A DNA stretch of 33,224 nucleotides from Acidobacteriota bacterium (GCA_019352125.1 JABBNV010000002.1:4823-38046); one strand, 5' to 3'; numbered from the stretch's first letter, positions 7,307-17,206 are shown. Notes: generated by a model from the sequence alone, not told the origin. Translations and numbers: made by a program.

Positions 7307-8629
7307 ATGCGCACTGTGGAGACCGTTTCCCTGCATCTTGACCCAGCCGCCGTAGCTGCTGCCAAGCACGCCACCGCGGCACCGCCGGGGCCCCGTCCAG
7401 CCGTAGATGCCGGCCCTTGGCAGGCGGCGGACACTGCCTGCGAGCAACTGGACGCTCCACTTGCTGTGCTGGATCTGCAAAACCTCTCGCGCAACGCGGG
7501 GGCCCTGTTGCGGCGCGCCTCCGGTACCCCCATTCGCGTAGCCAGTAAGTCAGTGCGCTCCCGAGCCGTGTTGCGAGCCGTGTTGGCCCAGGACGGTTTT
7601 AGCGGAATATTGGCGTATACCTTGCCAGAGGCCTTGTGGCTGGCAGAAGAGTTCGACGACGTGCTGCTGGGCTACCCGTCCACGGACGCTGCTGCAGTGC
7701 GCACGTTGGCCGCGGATGATCAGCTGCGCTCCCGTGTGACGTTGATGATTGATTCAGTGGAGCACTTGACCTGGCTGGAGTCTGTCCTTGACGCAACGCC
7801 TCACAGCACTTCGGAGATTCCCGTGCGCCTAGCCATGGAATTGGATGTGTCCTGGCAACCGAGGGTGGGTCAACAAACCCTGGCTCACATTGGTGTGCGG
7901 CGCTCCCCCGTGCGCACCCCCAAGGATGCCGTGCAGCTGGCACGCAATATTGCTGGCCGAACCCGCAACGGCAAGCCACGCTTTGTTCTGGTGGGGATGA
8001 TGGCCTACGAGGCACAAATTGCCGGGCTGGCGGACAGACCACTCAATATGGCCCGCGGTGCGGCCATCTCGGCCATTCAACGCCGGTCCAAGGCAGACGT
8101 AACAGCGCGGCGGCAAGCGGTTGTCGCTGCCCTGCGGGAGGTCACACCGCTGGAGTTCATCAACGGTGGCGGCACGGGCAGTCTGGAATTCACCCATAGC
8201 GATTCTTCGGTGACCGAGCTGGCGGCCGGATCCGGTCTTTTTGGACCAACGGTCTTTGACTTTTACTCACATTTCCGGCCGGCACCCGCTATTGGGTTTG
8301 CCCTGCCCGTGGTGCGACGGCCCGCCGCAGATACCGTCACGGTGCTGGGCGGAGGATGGATCGCGTCCGGCCCACCCGGGACTGATCGAAGCCCGACGCC
8401 GGTGTACCCGGCCGGGTTGAGCCTGATTCCCACCGAAGGAGCCGGGGAGGTGCAGACACCGCTGGTAGGTGATGCCGCCAAGACCCTGTCCATCGGTTCA
8501 AAGGTGTGGTTCCGGCACGCCAAATCCGGGGAAGTTTGCGAGCATGTCAATGATCTGGTGGTGCTTTCCGGAGCGGAAGTCCTGGGAAGTGTTCCCACCT
8601 ACCGCGGCGAGGGGAAGGCCTTTATATGA
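7307..8629 (+). CDS. PLP-dependent amino acid deaminase/aldolase (alanine-racemase N-terminal fold, DSD1-like)
   Basis: 'IRVASKSVRS' (candidate PLP Lys), 'GMMAYEAQIAG', 'NGGGTGS', 'ELAAGSG', 'FRHAKSGE'. ATG 7307 lies 6 nt after TGG-CAGAGT, so it is probably leaderless. Confidence 0.85.
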   Translation: MRTVETVSLHLDPAAVAAAKHATAAPPGPRPAVDAGPWQAADTACEQLDAPLAVLDLQNLSRNAGALLRRASGTPIRVASKSVRSRAVLRAVLAQDGFSGILAYTLPEALWLAEEFDDVLLGYPSTDAAAVRTLAADDQLRSRVTLMIDSVEHLTWLESVLDATPHSTSEIPVRLAMELDVSWQPRVGQQTLAHIGVRRSPVRTPKDAVQLARNIAGRTRNGKPRFVLVGMMAYEAQIAGLADRPLNMARGAAISAIQRRSKADVTARRQAVVAALREVTPLEFINGGGTGSLEFTHSDSSVTELAAGSGLFGPTVFDFYSHFRPAPAIGFALPVVRRPAADTVTVLGGGWIASGPPGTDRSPTPVYPAGLSLIPTEGAGEVQTPLVGDAAKTLSIGSKVWFRHAKSGEVCEHVNDLVVLSGAEVLGSVPTYRGEGKAFI

Positions 8630-10002
8630 GTGCTCCAGCACCGCATCATCGGGCGGCCCGGCCAGAGCGTTGGCACAACTGGGCGGGGGATCAGGTATGC
8701 CAGCCAACCCGCATAGCCAGGCCCAGCACCGTGGCCGAAATTGTGGCCTTAGTGCAGCAAGCGGCTGCCACCGGCCAACGGATCAAGGCCGTGGGAGCTG
8801 GGCACAGCTTCACTGACATTGCGCTCACCGAAGGCATCCAGCTCAGCTTGGATGCGCTCACAGGCCTACAGAGCGTCAATAGGGCCACCGGCGAGGCAAC
8901 GTTTGCCGCCGGGACCCGGCTCTACGATATTCCAGCGCTGCTGGCCCCGTATGGACTGGCCATGACCAACCTGGGCGATATCAATGTGCAAAGTTTGGCC
9001 GGCGCCATCTCTACGGGCACCCATGGGACGGGGCTGCGCTTTGGCGGGATTGCCACGCAAGTAACCGCACTAACCTTAGTAGACGGAGCCGGGACAGTGG
9101 AACACGTCTCCGCCACTGAGAATCCCGAGCTGTTCTCCGCCGCGCGGGTGGGGCTAGGAGCCCTGGGTATCATCACTTCCATCACTTTGGCCTGCGTCCC
9201 CGCGTTCCGACTGCACGCCGTCGAACGCCCCGAAGGTTTGAATTCGGTGCTGGACGGACTCACACAACGCATGGCGAGCGTGGATCATTTCGAGTTTTAC
9301 TGGTTCCCGCACACAGAGGTGGCTCTCACCAAGACAAACACCCGGTCGGAGGCCTCCCCCTGGGAACACAAACGGGTGGATGCAGGTTCGCGCCCGCTGC
9401 ATCCAGCGCGACGCTTCCTTGATGACACTCTCATGTCCAACACGGTGTTTTCCGCTCTCTGCAGTGTGACTGCTCGGATTCCGCAGAGCATTCCGAGGGT
9501 CAACTCGATTGCCTCGAAACTCACCGGGAACCGGGCCTTCGCTGACGCCTCCCATAGAGTTTTTGCCACTGAACGCCGAGTCAGGTTCCGCGAAATGGAA
9601 TATGCGGTGCCGCTGGAGAGTCTTCCGCGCGCATTGGCTGATCTCAAGGCGATGATCGAGCGTAAGGGGTACAACATCTCCTTCCCGGTAGAAGTTCGCT
9701 GCGCGGCAGCTGATGACATTGAGCTCTCCACCGCATCCGGACGGCTCACCGGCTACATTGCCATACACCAATTTAGAGCCACCGAGCACACCGATTATTT
9801 CCATTCAGCAGAACAAATATTTTTGCGCTTCGGCGGCCGCCCCCACTGGGGCAAATGGCATTATCTGGACGCAGAATCTTTGCAGCCCCTATACCCTGAG
9901 TTCGAAAAGTTCTGTATTCTGCGACAGGTGGCAGACCCCCAAGGGATCTTTGGAAATGCCTATCTGGATCGGGTTCTTTTGCCGCTGCCATCAGTGCGGT
10001 AA
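8626..10002 (+). CDS. FAD-linked D-arabinono-1,4-lactone oxidase / L-gulonolactone oxidase family protein
   Basis: 'NWAG', 'GAGHSF' (covalent-FAD His position), 'AISTGTHGTG', 'EMEY', 'FPVEVR', 'GRPHWGK', 'DPQGIFGN'. ATGA overlap with the upstream gene. Confidence 0.92.
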   Translation: MSAPAPHHRAARPERWHNWAGDQVCQPTRIARPSTVAEIVALVQQAAATGQRIKAVGAGHSFTDIALTEGIQLSLDALTGLQSVNRATGEATFAAGTRLYDIPALLAPYGLAMTNLGDINVQSLAGAISTGTHGTGLRFGGIATQVTALTLVDGAGTVEHVSATENPELFSAARVGLGALGIITSITLACVPAFRLHAVERPEGLNSVLDGLTQRMASVDHFEFYWFPHTEVALTKTNTRSEASPWEHKRVDAGSRPLHPARRFLDDTLMSNTVFSALCSVTARIPQSIPRVNSIASKLTGNRAFADASHRVFATERRVRFREMEYAVPLESLPRALADLKAMIERKGYNISFPVEVRCAAADDIELSTASGRLTGYIAIHQFRATEHTDYFHSAEQIFLRFGGRPHWGKWHYLDAESLQPLYPEFEKFCILRQVADPQGIFGNAYLDRVLLPLPSVR

Positions 10003-10034
10003 TGACCCACTAGCGCCTCAGGAGTAGTTTCGCG

Positions 10035-10589
10035 ATGACAACTGTGCCACAGGTATCCGAGCCGGAATCCACAACGACTGTGGTGATTGGGTCCGGCTTT
10101 TCCGGCTTGGCCGTGGCATCCGAACTCTCACGGCAGGGCGTGCAGACTATTGTGTTGGACGGGTTGGAGGCGTCGCCTAGCCTGAACCGCAGCCCGGCGC
10201 ACAGCGAGTCAGCCTGGGGCCAGCGTGGGGAAATTCTTCGACTCCTGCGGCACTATGCCTTGAGCCACCAGCTGGACATCCGCGAGCGCACCAAACCGAT
10301 GCAGCTGGTACGGGGCACCGTTGGGGTCAAGGGCGCATGGGCGGTACACACCGCTGACGGCGTCGTCATGGCGGACAATATAGTCCTGACCCAGTGCGCC
10401 GAGAACCATTTCAGGCGAATTCTGGCCTCTTTGGGCCTGGCGCTGGGCAAGGACGCGGTACGCGCCATGCGATCTCTGGGCATCTACCTGGTAGGAGTGG
10501 GCGGCGCCTTGACCCCCAGCACCCAAGAGATCATGCGGCAGGCCAAGGTAGTCAGTCACGCCATTTCCAGTACGACGGCGGCTGCTTAG
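10035..10589 (+). CDS. Small FAD/NAD(P)-binding Rossmann-domain protein
   Basis: 'TVVIGSGFSGLAVA' GxGxxG motif, CAGGAG RBS, only 184 aa. Confidence 0.75.
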   Translation: MTTVPQVSEPESTTTVVIGSGFSGLAVASELSRQGVQTIVLDGLEASPSLNRSPAHSESAWGQRGEILRLLRHYALSHQLDIRERTKPMQLVRGTVGVKGAWAVHTADGVVMADNIVLTQCAENHFRRILASLGLALGKDAVRAMRSLGIYLVGVGGALTPSTQEIMRQAKVVSHAISSTTAAA

Positions 10590-10613
10590 TCTTTCGCGCC
10601 GGCGTTGCCAGCG

Positions 10614-11213
10614 TCAGTCCTCGCCAGCGCCCAAGCGACGCTTGACGAAGATGCCAATTCCAGCCACCAGAGCCACCAACACCAGCCCCAGCACTACCAA
10701 TACCCAGGGGAACCCGCCGCTAGCCGAAGCAGAAGCGGGCGCGGAACTCTGCTGCGGGCTTTGCGGGGCAGCCGCCGTTCCCGCACTGGCAGTATTGACC
10801 GGCGCAGCACCTGACGTGGCCGTAAAACTGAAAGTGCCGTCAATCGGGTGGCTATCGGAGGAAACCATCCGCCAATTGACAGTGTAGGTTCCGGCCGGAG
10901 CGCCAGCCTTGATGTTTTCGCTGGCCACATGGTCAATCACGCGCACGGCGCCGTCTGCCCAGTCCTTGCCGGTGGAGTCCAGAATCTGAATCTGCGAACC
11001 AATGGCCGCCGGAGTGTTATCAAAGGTCAGCGTGAGCTTGCTGGGCACCGATGTCACCGTCGAACCGTCAGCCGGATTTGTGGACTCCAGCACATCGTGC
11101 GCGCTGGCAGCCGGTGCACTCACCAACGCTACGGTCAACAATGCCAGCAGCGTAACCATAGCCAACAGCCATATTGCGGCTCGAGAAAGTGAACGTGAAC
11201 CAGCTGAAATCAT
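10614..11213 (-). CDS. copC: CopC family copper-binding protein with C-terminal membrane anchor
   Basis: Signal peptide ending ASA, mature N-terminal His ('HDVLESTNPADGS'), 'WRMVSSDSHPIDG', Ser/Ala linker and a TM helix. Confidence 0.9.
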   Translation of the reverse strand: MISAGSRSLSRAAIWLLAMVTLLALLTVALVSAPAASAHDVLESTNPADGSTVTSVPSKLTLTFDNTPAAIGSQIQILDSTGKDWADGAVRVIDHVASENIKAGAPAGTYTVNWRMVSSDSHPIDGTFSFTATSGAAPVNTASAGTAAAPQSPQQSSAPASASASGGFPWVLVVLGLVLVALVAGIGIFVKRRLGAGED

Positions 11214-11333
11214 TTTGCTTCCTTTGCCTTGACAACAAAATTAACGTTACGGCAACAGGAGTGGCCAAAAGTACCGACTAAGATTTCTCAGGGGAGAAAT
11301 TACACAGCGCACTCATTGTCCGGGAGGACCCTC

Positions 11334-12842
11334 ATGGCCGCAAAGACCAACAAGGCACGCGAAGCTGCTTCGGCGCAGCGTGCGGGCACCGCTACAGCGG
11401 TTGCTCCAAAGTCCTTCTTGGACAAATACTTTATGATTTCGGCCCGCGGCTCCAACTACTCGCGTGAAATCCGCGGAGGCTTCGCTACCTTCTTTGCCAT
11501 GAGCTACATTGTGGTGCTGAACCCGCTGATTCTCAGCGGTGCGGACTCCTCCGGTGGCACCTTGGGCATTGAACGGGTAGCCGCAGTAACGGCATTCGTC
11601 GCCGGTATTCTGACGATTCTGATGGGCGCTTGGGCCAAACACCCCTTCGCTCTTGCCACCGGGCTTGGCGTTAACGCCTTCGTCGCGGTGACAGTGGCCA
11701 GCCACCCCGGTCTGAGCTGGCCAGACATGATGGGCCTGGTGGTACTCGCTGGCTTGACCATGTTCATTCTGGTGCTCACTGGCTTCCGAACGGCGGTATT
11801 CAAAGCTGTACCCGAGGGACTGAAAACCGCCATTGTGGTGGGCATTGGTCTCTTCATTGCCTTGATCGGCTTGGTCAACGCCGGATTTGTGCGCCGCATA
11901 CCTGACGTTGCCGGAACAACCGTTCCGGTGGGCTTGGGCTACGATGGCAAACTGCTGGGCTGGCCTACGTTGGTGTTCGTTGTAGGCCTGATCCTGACCA
12001 TTGCCCTGGTGGTCCGTAAGGTCAAGGGCGCCATCCTGATCGGCATCGTGGTCTCTACCGTTCTGGCGAACGTCATTGAGGCAATCGGCCACATTGGTCC
12101 CAGCGTTCAGCCGGGCAAAGACTTCAACCCGCAGGGCTGGTCTCTCGTGGCACCGGAACTCTCCAAGTGGGGCGCACCGGACCTCTCCCTGATTGGCAAG
12201 GCCAACCCCGTGGGCGCCTTTGCACACCTGGGCCCTCTGGCCGCCGTCCTACTGGCCTTCGTCATTCTGCTCAGCATCTTTTTTGATGCCATGGGCACCA
12301 TGGTGGGTCTGGCTGGCGAGGCCGGAACCATTGACAAGGATGGCAACATCCCCAATGTGGATCGCGTGTTGCTGGTTGACGCCTTTGGCGCGATTGCCGG
12401 TGGTGGGGCCTCCGTGTCATCCAACCAGATTTACGTTGAGTCCGGGGCCGGTATCGGCGAGGGCGCACGCACTGGTCTGGCGTCCGTAGTGACTGGTCTG
12501 TTGTTCATTGTGGCCATGTTCCTCACCCCCTTGGTGCACTTGGTACCGTTCGAAGCGGTAGCCCCTGCGCTGGTGGTGGTGGGCTTCATGATGGTCTCGC
12601 AGATTGGCAAGATTGATTGGAAGGACATTGGTATCGCCCTCCCGGCGTTCCTGACCTTCACCCTGATGCCATTCACTTACTCCATTGCCAACGGACTGGG
12701 CGCCGGGTTCATCGCGTTTGTGCTGATCCGACTGTTCCAGGGCCGCGCCAAGGAGATTCACCCCTTGATGTGGGTTGTTGCCGCAGCGTTCCTGCTGTTC
12801 TTCGGCATTGGGCCCATCGAGCAACTGCTGAACGTCAAGTAG
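11334..12842 (+). CDS. NCS2 (AzgA/PbuG-like) nucleobase permease
   Basis: 'TFFAMSYIVVLNP', 'ALATGLGVNAF', 'FFDAMGT', 'YVESGAGIGEGARTG', 'MPFTYSIANG'. ATG 11334 has a GGAGG RBS. Confidence 0.93.
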   Translation: MAAKTNKAREAASAQRAGTATAVAPKSFLDKYFMISARGSNYSREIRGGFATFFAMSYIVVLNPLILSGADSSGGTLGIERVAAVTAFVAGILTILMGAWAKHPFALATGLGVNAFVAVTVASHPGLSWPDMMGLVVLAGLTMFILVLTGFRTAVFKAVPEGLKTAIVVGIGLFIALIGLVNAGFVRRIPDVAGTTVPVGLGYDGKLLGWPTLVFVVGLILTIALVVRKVKGAILIGIVVSTVLANVIEAIGHIGPSVQPGKDFNPQGWSLVAPELSKWGAPDLSLIGKANPVGAFAHLGPLAAVLLAFVILLSIFFDAMGTMVGLAGEAGTIDKDGNIPNVDRVLLVDAFGAIAGGGASVSSNQIYVESGAGIGEGARTGLASVVTGLLFIVAMFLTPLVHLVPFEAVAPALVVVGFMMVSQIGKIDWKDIGIALPAFLTFTLMPFTYSIANGLGAGFIAFVLIRLFQGRAKEIHPLMWVVAAAFLLFFGIGPIEQLLNVK

Positions 12843-12849
12843 ATCGGCC

Positions 12850-13791
12850 ATGCAGATGAACTCCGCTCCGTTCGCTGTTGATACCCCACCCGCTCAGTGG
12901 TCCGGGCGCTTCGACGGCGACGGGACGGAACATCGCCGGTGGTGGCAGGCAGTTACCACTTACCCCGCGCCGGGCACGCCCGACGTCGTCGTACTGGGTT
13001 TTGCGTCCGACGAAGGCGTTCGCCGAAACCAGGGACGAACTGGCGCAGCAACCGGGCCAACAGCCCTGCGCACCGCGCTGGGGCCCTTGGCGTGGCACCT
13101 GAACAAGACTGTGGCCGATGCCGGCGATGTAGTAGTCACCGGTGATGGGCTAGAGGCTGGGCAAGCGCGAGCTGGCCGAGCCATCAGCGCTGTGCAGGAC
13201 GCCGGTGCACTCAGCGTGGTGCTGGGCGGCGGCCACGAAACGGCATTTGCCAGCTATCTAGGCATTTCAGGGAGTGCCAACTTTGCCCAGCAACGCTGGG
13301 GAGTGCTGAATTTGGATGCCCATTTTGACCTGCGAGCGGCACCGGAGCCCAGCTCTGGCACACCGTTTCGCCAAATGGCCATGGCAGAGCGGGCCGCAGG
13401 ACGCGCGCTCAACTACGCCGTGCTGGGTATCAGCGAAGTGAGCAATACCGCAACCCTGTTCAACGCGGCTCATGAACTGGGCGTGCGGTACCTGCTGGAC
13501 GAAAATTGCTCCAGGGAAAACAGTGCCCAGTTTGTAGCCGACTTTCTGGCGGAGATTGACGCACTGTATCTGACCATTGACCTGGACGTCTTGCCCGCTG
13601 CCGTGGCCCCGGGCGTGAGCGCGCCAGCCGCCTATGGCGTGCCTCTGGACGTGATTGCGGCTGTATGCGCACAGGTGGCCGCCACCGGGAAACTGCGGCA
13701 CCTGGACGTGGCCGAGCTCAACCCCAGCCTGGACGTAGACAACCGGACAGCCAAGGTGGCCGCCCGGTTGATCAACACGTTGATGCGCTAA
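12850..13791 (+). CDS. hutG: Formimidoylglutamase
   Basis: Arginase-fold motifs 'GFASDEGVRRNQGR', 'GGGHE', 'NLDAHFDLR', 'SSGTPF', 'TIDLD', 'AELNP'. Adjacent to hutH. Confidence 0.93.
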   Translation: MQMNSAPFAVDTPPAQWSGRFDGDGTEHRRWWQAVTTYPAPGTPDVVVLGFASDEGVRRNQGRTGAATGPTALRTALGPLAWHLNKTVADAGDVVVTGDGLEAGQARAGRAISAVQDAGALSVVLGGGHETAFASYLGISGSANFAQQRWGVLNLDAHFDLRAAPEPSSGTPFRQMAMAERAAGRALNYAVLGISEVSNTATLFNAAHELGVRYLLDENCSRENSAQFVADFLAEIDALYLTIDLDVLPAAVAPGVSAPAAYGVPLDVIAAVCAQVAATGKLRHLDVAELNPSLDVDNRTAKVAARLINTLMR

Positions 13792-13806
13792 ATCAGCGCC
13801 GTAGCA

Positions 13807-15360
13807 TTACGCCAGCGGGCCGACGGCGGATTCGGCCGCCGCGCGAATCGCACCGGAGCCCACCAGTACGTCCGCAGCCTCTAGCTCTGGAGACAGGAAC
13901 CTGTCCTCTCCCGGGCCGGGCACTACTTTGCGCAGTTCCGCAATAACCGCGGCAGCTGCAGGTCCCGGGCTCAATTCTCCCTCAGAGAACTGGACGCGCA
14001 TGTCAATAGCGCGGGTGGCCGTCACCAGCTCAATGGCCAGTACCCGCCGCAGGTTCTCTACGCCGAGGCGCAACTTCCGTGCTGCGTGCCAGCCCATGGA
14101 GACATGATCCTCTTGCATGGCTGAACTGGGTATCGAATCTACCGACGCTGGCACGGCCAGACGCTTGCTATCGGATACCAAACCAGCCTGGGTGTACTGC
14201 GCAATCATCAGCCCTGAATCCACACCCGGGTCCCCAGCAAGGAATGCAGGCAGGCCGTGCGAGCGGGCCGGGTCGAGCATCCTGTCCGTGCGACGCTCCG
14301 CCATGGAGGCCAGATCCGCAATGACGATGGCTAGGAAATCCAGCACATAAGCCACGGGGGCTCCATGGAAGTTGCCGTTGGAAGAAACCCTGCCGTCCGG
14401 CAGCACCACGGGGTTATCAATGGCCGCAGCCAACTCGCGGGTTGCGACTAACTCTGCGTGATCCACGGAGTCACGGACTGCCCCGGCCACCTGCGGTGCA
14501 CAGCGCAACGAATACGCGTCCTGAACCCGACTGTCCCCGTTGCGGTGGCTGGCCACAATGGCGGAATCGGAGAGCACTCGCAACATGTTGTCTGCACTGG
14601 CTGCCTGGCCGGGATGTGGCCGCAGGGCAGCGTGCAGTTCCGGAATGAATACCTGATCTGTGCCCAGCAATCCCTCAACGCTCAACGCGGCCGTGATATC
14701 CGCCGTCGTGAGCAAGTTGCGAATGTCCGCAATGGCCATCAGCAGCATGCCCAGCATGCCATCTGTACCGTTGACCAGCGCAAGGCCTTCCTTCTCGGCC
14801 AGCACTACCGGAGTAATTCCGGCCTCAGCCAACAGCTCCGGAACCGGGCGAACTTGCCCATCGGGGCTAGCAGCCTCCCCCTCGCCCATCAACACCAGGG
14901 CGCAATGAGACAGCGGTGCCAGATCACCGGAACAGCCAAGTGAACCAAATTCGCGCACCACGGGGGTGATGCCCGCATTCAGCACGGCCACCATGGTTTC
15001 CAGCACCACGGGGCGGATTCCGGTGCGGCCAGATGCCAGCGTCTTGGCACGAAGGAACATCAACGCGCGCACCACCTCCGGCTCAACGGCCGGGCCCATG
15101 CCGGCTGCGTGAGACCGAATCAGAGATTTCTGCAACTGGGTGCGCTGCTCCTGGGGGATGTGCTTGTTGGCCAGTGCCCCGAACCCCGTGGAAATACCGT
15201 AGGCCGGGATCTCCGAGTGCGCCAAGGTGTCAATGTGCTCGCGGACCTTGGCAACCTGCGCCAACGTATCCGGGTCAATGACTACCTGAGCGCCGTGCCG
15301 CGCCACTGCAAGAACATCCTGCGCAGTTGTGCCACTGGCGGAAAGGGTAATGCTTGTCAT
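13807..15360 (-). CDS. hutH: Histidine ammonia-lyase
   Basis: 'YGISTGFG', 'LIRSHAAG', 'GCSGDLAPL' (MIO triad), 'KEGLALVNGT', 'VQDAYSLRC', 'GNFHG', 'QEDHVSMG'. Confidence 0.97.
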   Translation of the reverse strand: MTSITLSASGTTAQDVLAVARHGAQVVIDPDTLAQVAKVREHIDTLAHSEIPAYGISTGFGALANKHIPQEQRTQLQKSLIRSHAAGMGPAVEPEVVRALMFLRAKTLASGRTGIRPVVLETMVAVLNAGITPVVREFGSLGCSGDLAPLSHCALVLMGEGEAASPDGQVRPVPELLAEAGITPVVLAEKEGLALVNGTDGMLGMLLMAIADIRNLLTTADITAALSVEGLLGTDQVFIPELHAALRPHPGQAASADNMLRVLSDSAIVASHRNGDSRVQDAYSLRCAPQVAGAVRDSVDHAELVATRELAAAIDNPVVLPDGRVSSNGNFHGAPVAYVLDFLAIVIADLASMAERRTDRMLDPARSHGLPAFLAGDPGVDSGLMIAQYTQAGLVSDSKRLAVPASVDSIPSSAMQEDHVSMGWHAARKLRLGVENLRRVLAIELVTATRAIDMRVQFSEGELSPGPAAAAVIAELRKVVPGPGEDRFLSPELEAADVLVGSGAIRAAAESAVGPLA

Positions 15361-15386
15361 TTCAAGTCCTCTATAGATGTTGGAGA

Positions 15387-17072
15387 TCAGTTTTCCTGCA
15401 TGGGGATGCGGACGCCGCGCTCGGCAGCAATTTCCTTGGCACGGTCATAGCCCGCATCAACGTGGCGGATCACGCCCATCCCGGGATCATTGGTGAGCAG
15501 GCGCTCCAACTTTTGAGCGGCCAGTTCGGTGCCGTCAGCCACAGAGACCTGCCCTGCGTGGATGGAGCGGCCAATGCCTACCCCGCCGCCGTGGTGAATT
15601 GATACCCAGGTGGCACCCGAGGCGGTGTTGAGCAAGGCGTTCAGCAACGGCCAGTCCGCCACGGCGTCCGAACCGTCTGCCATGGCTTCGGTTTCGCGAT
15701 AGGGGGAGGCCACTGAACCGGAATCCAAGTGGTCCCGCCCAATCACGATCGGCGCTTTCACCTTGCCATCGGCTACCAGCTGGTTGAACAGCAAACCGGC
15801 CTTGGCCCGTTCGCCATACCCCAGCCAGCAGATGCGAGCCGGGAGACCCTCAAATTCCACGTGTTCTGCGGCGGCGTCCAGCCACTGGTGCAGATGCGTG
15901 TTCTCCGGGAAGAGCTCCTTCAACGCCGCATCCGTAACGGCAATGTCCTCGGGATCACCGGAGAGCGCCACCCAACGGAACGGGCCCAGCCCCTCGCAAA
16001 AGAGCGGGCGGATATAGGCCGGCACAAAGCCTGGGAATTCGAAAGCACGGGCATAGCCGCCCTTGCGCGCCTCATCGCGAATGGAGTTGCCGTAATCAAA
16101 AACCTCCGCGCCGGCGTCCTGGAAGTCCACCATGGCCTCCACCTGACGGGCCATTGAGTTCTGTGCCTTCTTAGTGAACCCTTCCGGATCCGCCTCAGCC
16201 TCGCGCTTCCACTCGTCCACGCTAATCCCCTCCGGCAGGTAGCTCAGCGGATCATGCGCACTGGTCTGGTCCGTGACGATATCCACAGTGAGCTCGCCTG
16301 CGCGGTGCCGCCGCAACAACTCGGGGAACACTTCCGCAGCGTTGCCCACGTATCCCACGGACAACGGCTTTTGGGCCTCTTTAGCGGCCTGCACCTTGGC
16401 AATGGCGGCATCCAAGTCAGTTTCGACGTCGTCCAAATAGCGCTTGCCCATGCGACGGCGCAACCGGGTCTCGTCCACGTCCACTACCAACGCTGCGCCC
16501 CCGTTGAGGGTCACGGCCAACGGCTGCGCGCCGCCCATGCCACCGCATCCACCGGTAAGCGTCAAGGTGCCAGCCAGCGTGCCGCCAAAACGCTTAACGC
16601 CGACGGCAGCAAAGGTCTCGTAGGTGCCCTGCAAAATGCCCTGCGTGCCAATGTAGATCCAAGAGCCCGCGGTCATTTGGCCGTACATCATCAGGCCCTC
16701 AGCCTCGAGGCGGCGGAACTCAGGCCAGGTGGCCCAGTCGCCCACCAGGTTGGAATTCGCCAGCAATACTCGTGGCGCCCACTCATTAGTGCGGAAGACG
16801 CCCACAGGCTTACCGGATTGGATCAGCAGCGTTTCGTCCTTTTCCATGCCCTCCAGCGTGCGGGTGATGGCATCAAAAGCTGCCCAGCTCCGCACAGCGC
16901 GGCCTGTTCCGCCGTACACCACCAACTCATCCGGGCGCTCAGCAACTTCCGGGTCCAAGTTGTTCATCAGCATCCGCAAGGGAGCCTCTGTTTGCCAGCT
17001 CTTAGCCGTCAGGGTGGTGCCACGAGCGGCGCGGACGGGACGAGCTCCGGTGGTGAAATCTGCGGGGGCCAT
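15387..17072 (-). CDS. hutU: Urocanate hydratase
   Basis: 'NNLDPEVAE', '[12 protein letters not shown]', 'DQTSAHDP', 'GRDHLD', 'HHGGGVG'. ATG 17072 has an AAGGA RBS. Confidence 0.98.
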   Translation of the reverse strand: MAPADFTTGARPVRAARGTTLTAKSWQTEAPLRMLMNNLDPEVAERPDELVVYGGTGRAVRSWAAFDAITRTLEGMEKDETLLIQSGKPVGVFRTNEWAPRVLLANSNLVGDWATWPEFRRLEAEGLMMYGQMTAGSWIYIGTQGILQGTYETFAAVGVKRFGGTLAGTLTLTGGCGGMGGAQPLAVTLNGGAALVVDVDETRLRRRMGKRYLDDVETDLDAAIAKVQAAKEAQKPLSVGYVGNAAEVFPELLRRHRAGELTVDIVTDQTSAHDPLSYLPEGISVDEWKREAEADPEGFTKKAQNSMARQVEAMVDFQDAGAEVFDYGNSIRDEARKGGYARAFEFPGFVPAYIRPLFCEGLGPFRWVALSGDPEDIAVTDAALKELFPENTHLHQWLDAAAEHVEFEGLPARICWLGYGERAKAGLLFNQLVADGKVKAPIVIGRDHLDSGSVASPYRETEAMADGSDAVADWPLLNALLNTASGATWVSIHHGGGVGIGRSIHAGQVSVADGTELAAQKLERLLTNDPGMGVIRHVDAGYDRAKEIAAERGVRIPMQEN

Positions 17073-17165
17073 GATCGAATCCTTCATTTAGTGGGGAACA
17101 GTTATGTGCTTACCTCCACTAAACCCTCTTCACTAACCGCTGGGTATGCCGCTGGGCCGGAGCAT

Positions 17166-17181
17166 GTCCGGCATCCCAGAC
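17166..17181. promoter_or_regulatory. Putative HutR operator
   Basis: Imperfect palindrome GTCCGGCATCCCAGAC upstream of hutU. It resembles the TCTGwwATwCCAGA motif I recall for the corynebacterial IclR-type HutR. Confidence 0.7.
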
Positions 17182-17206
17182 TTTGCCCTCTGCGTTAGGC
17201 GCAGGG

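Noticed and set aside
7127..7533. N-terminal extensions of ORFs 6166..7533 (-) and 7127..8629 (+), implying a 400-bp head-to-head overlap
   Set aside because: Better starts exist at 7179 (GGAGG RBS) and 7307 (leaderless -10), and the extensions have no domain character.
11214..11333. Purine riboswitch before the NCS2 permease
   Set aside because: The leader after TAAGAT is short and has only a small ATTTCTC/GAGAAAT hairpin, with no three-way-junction consensus.
16254..17198. 314-aa ORF antisense to hutU, and similar shadows such as 11313..12227, 443..1051, 21105..21812 and 29126..29779
   Set aside because: Long stop-free antisense or alternative frames are expected in high-GC coding DNA, and none shows recognisable motifs.
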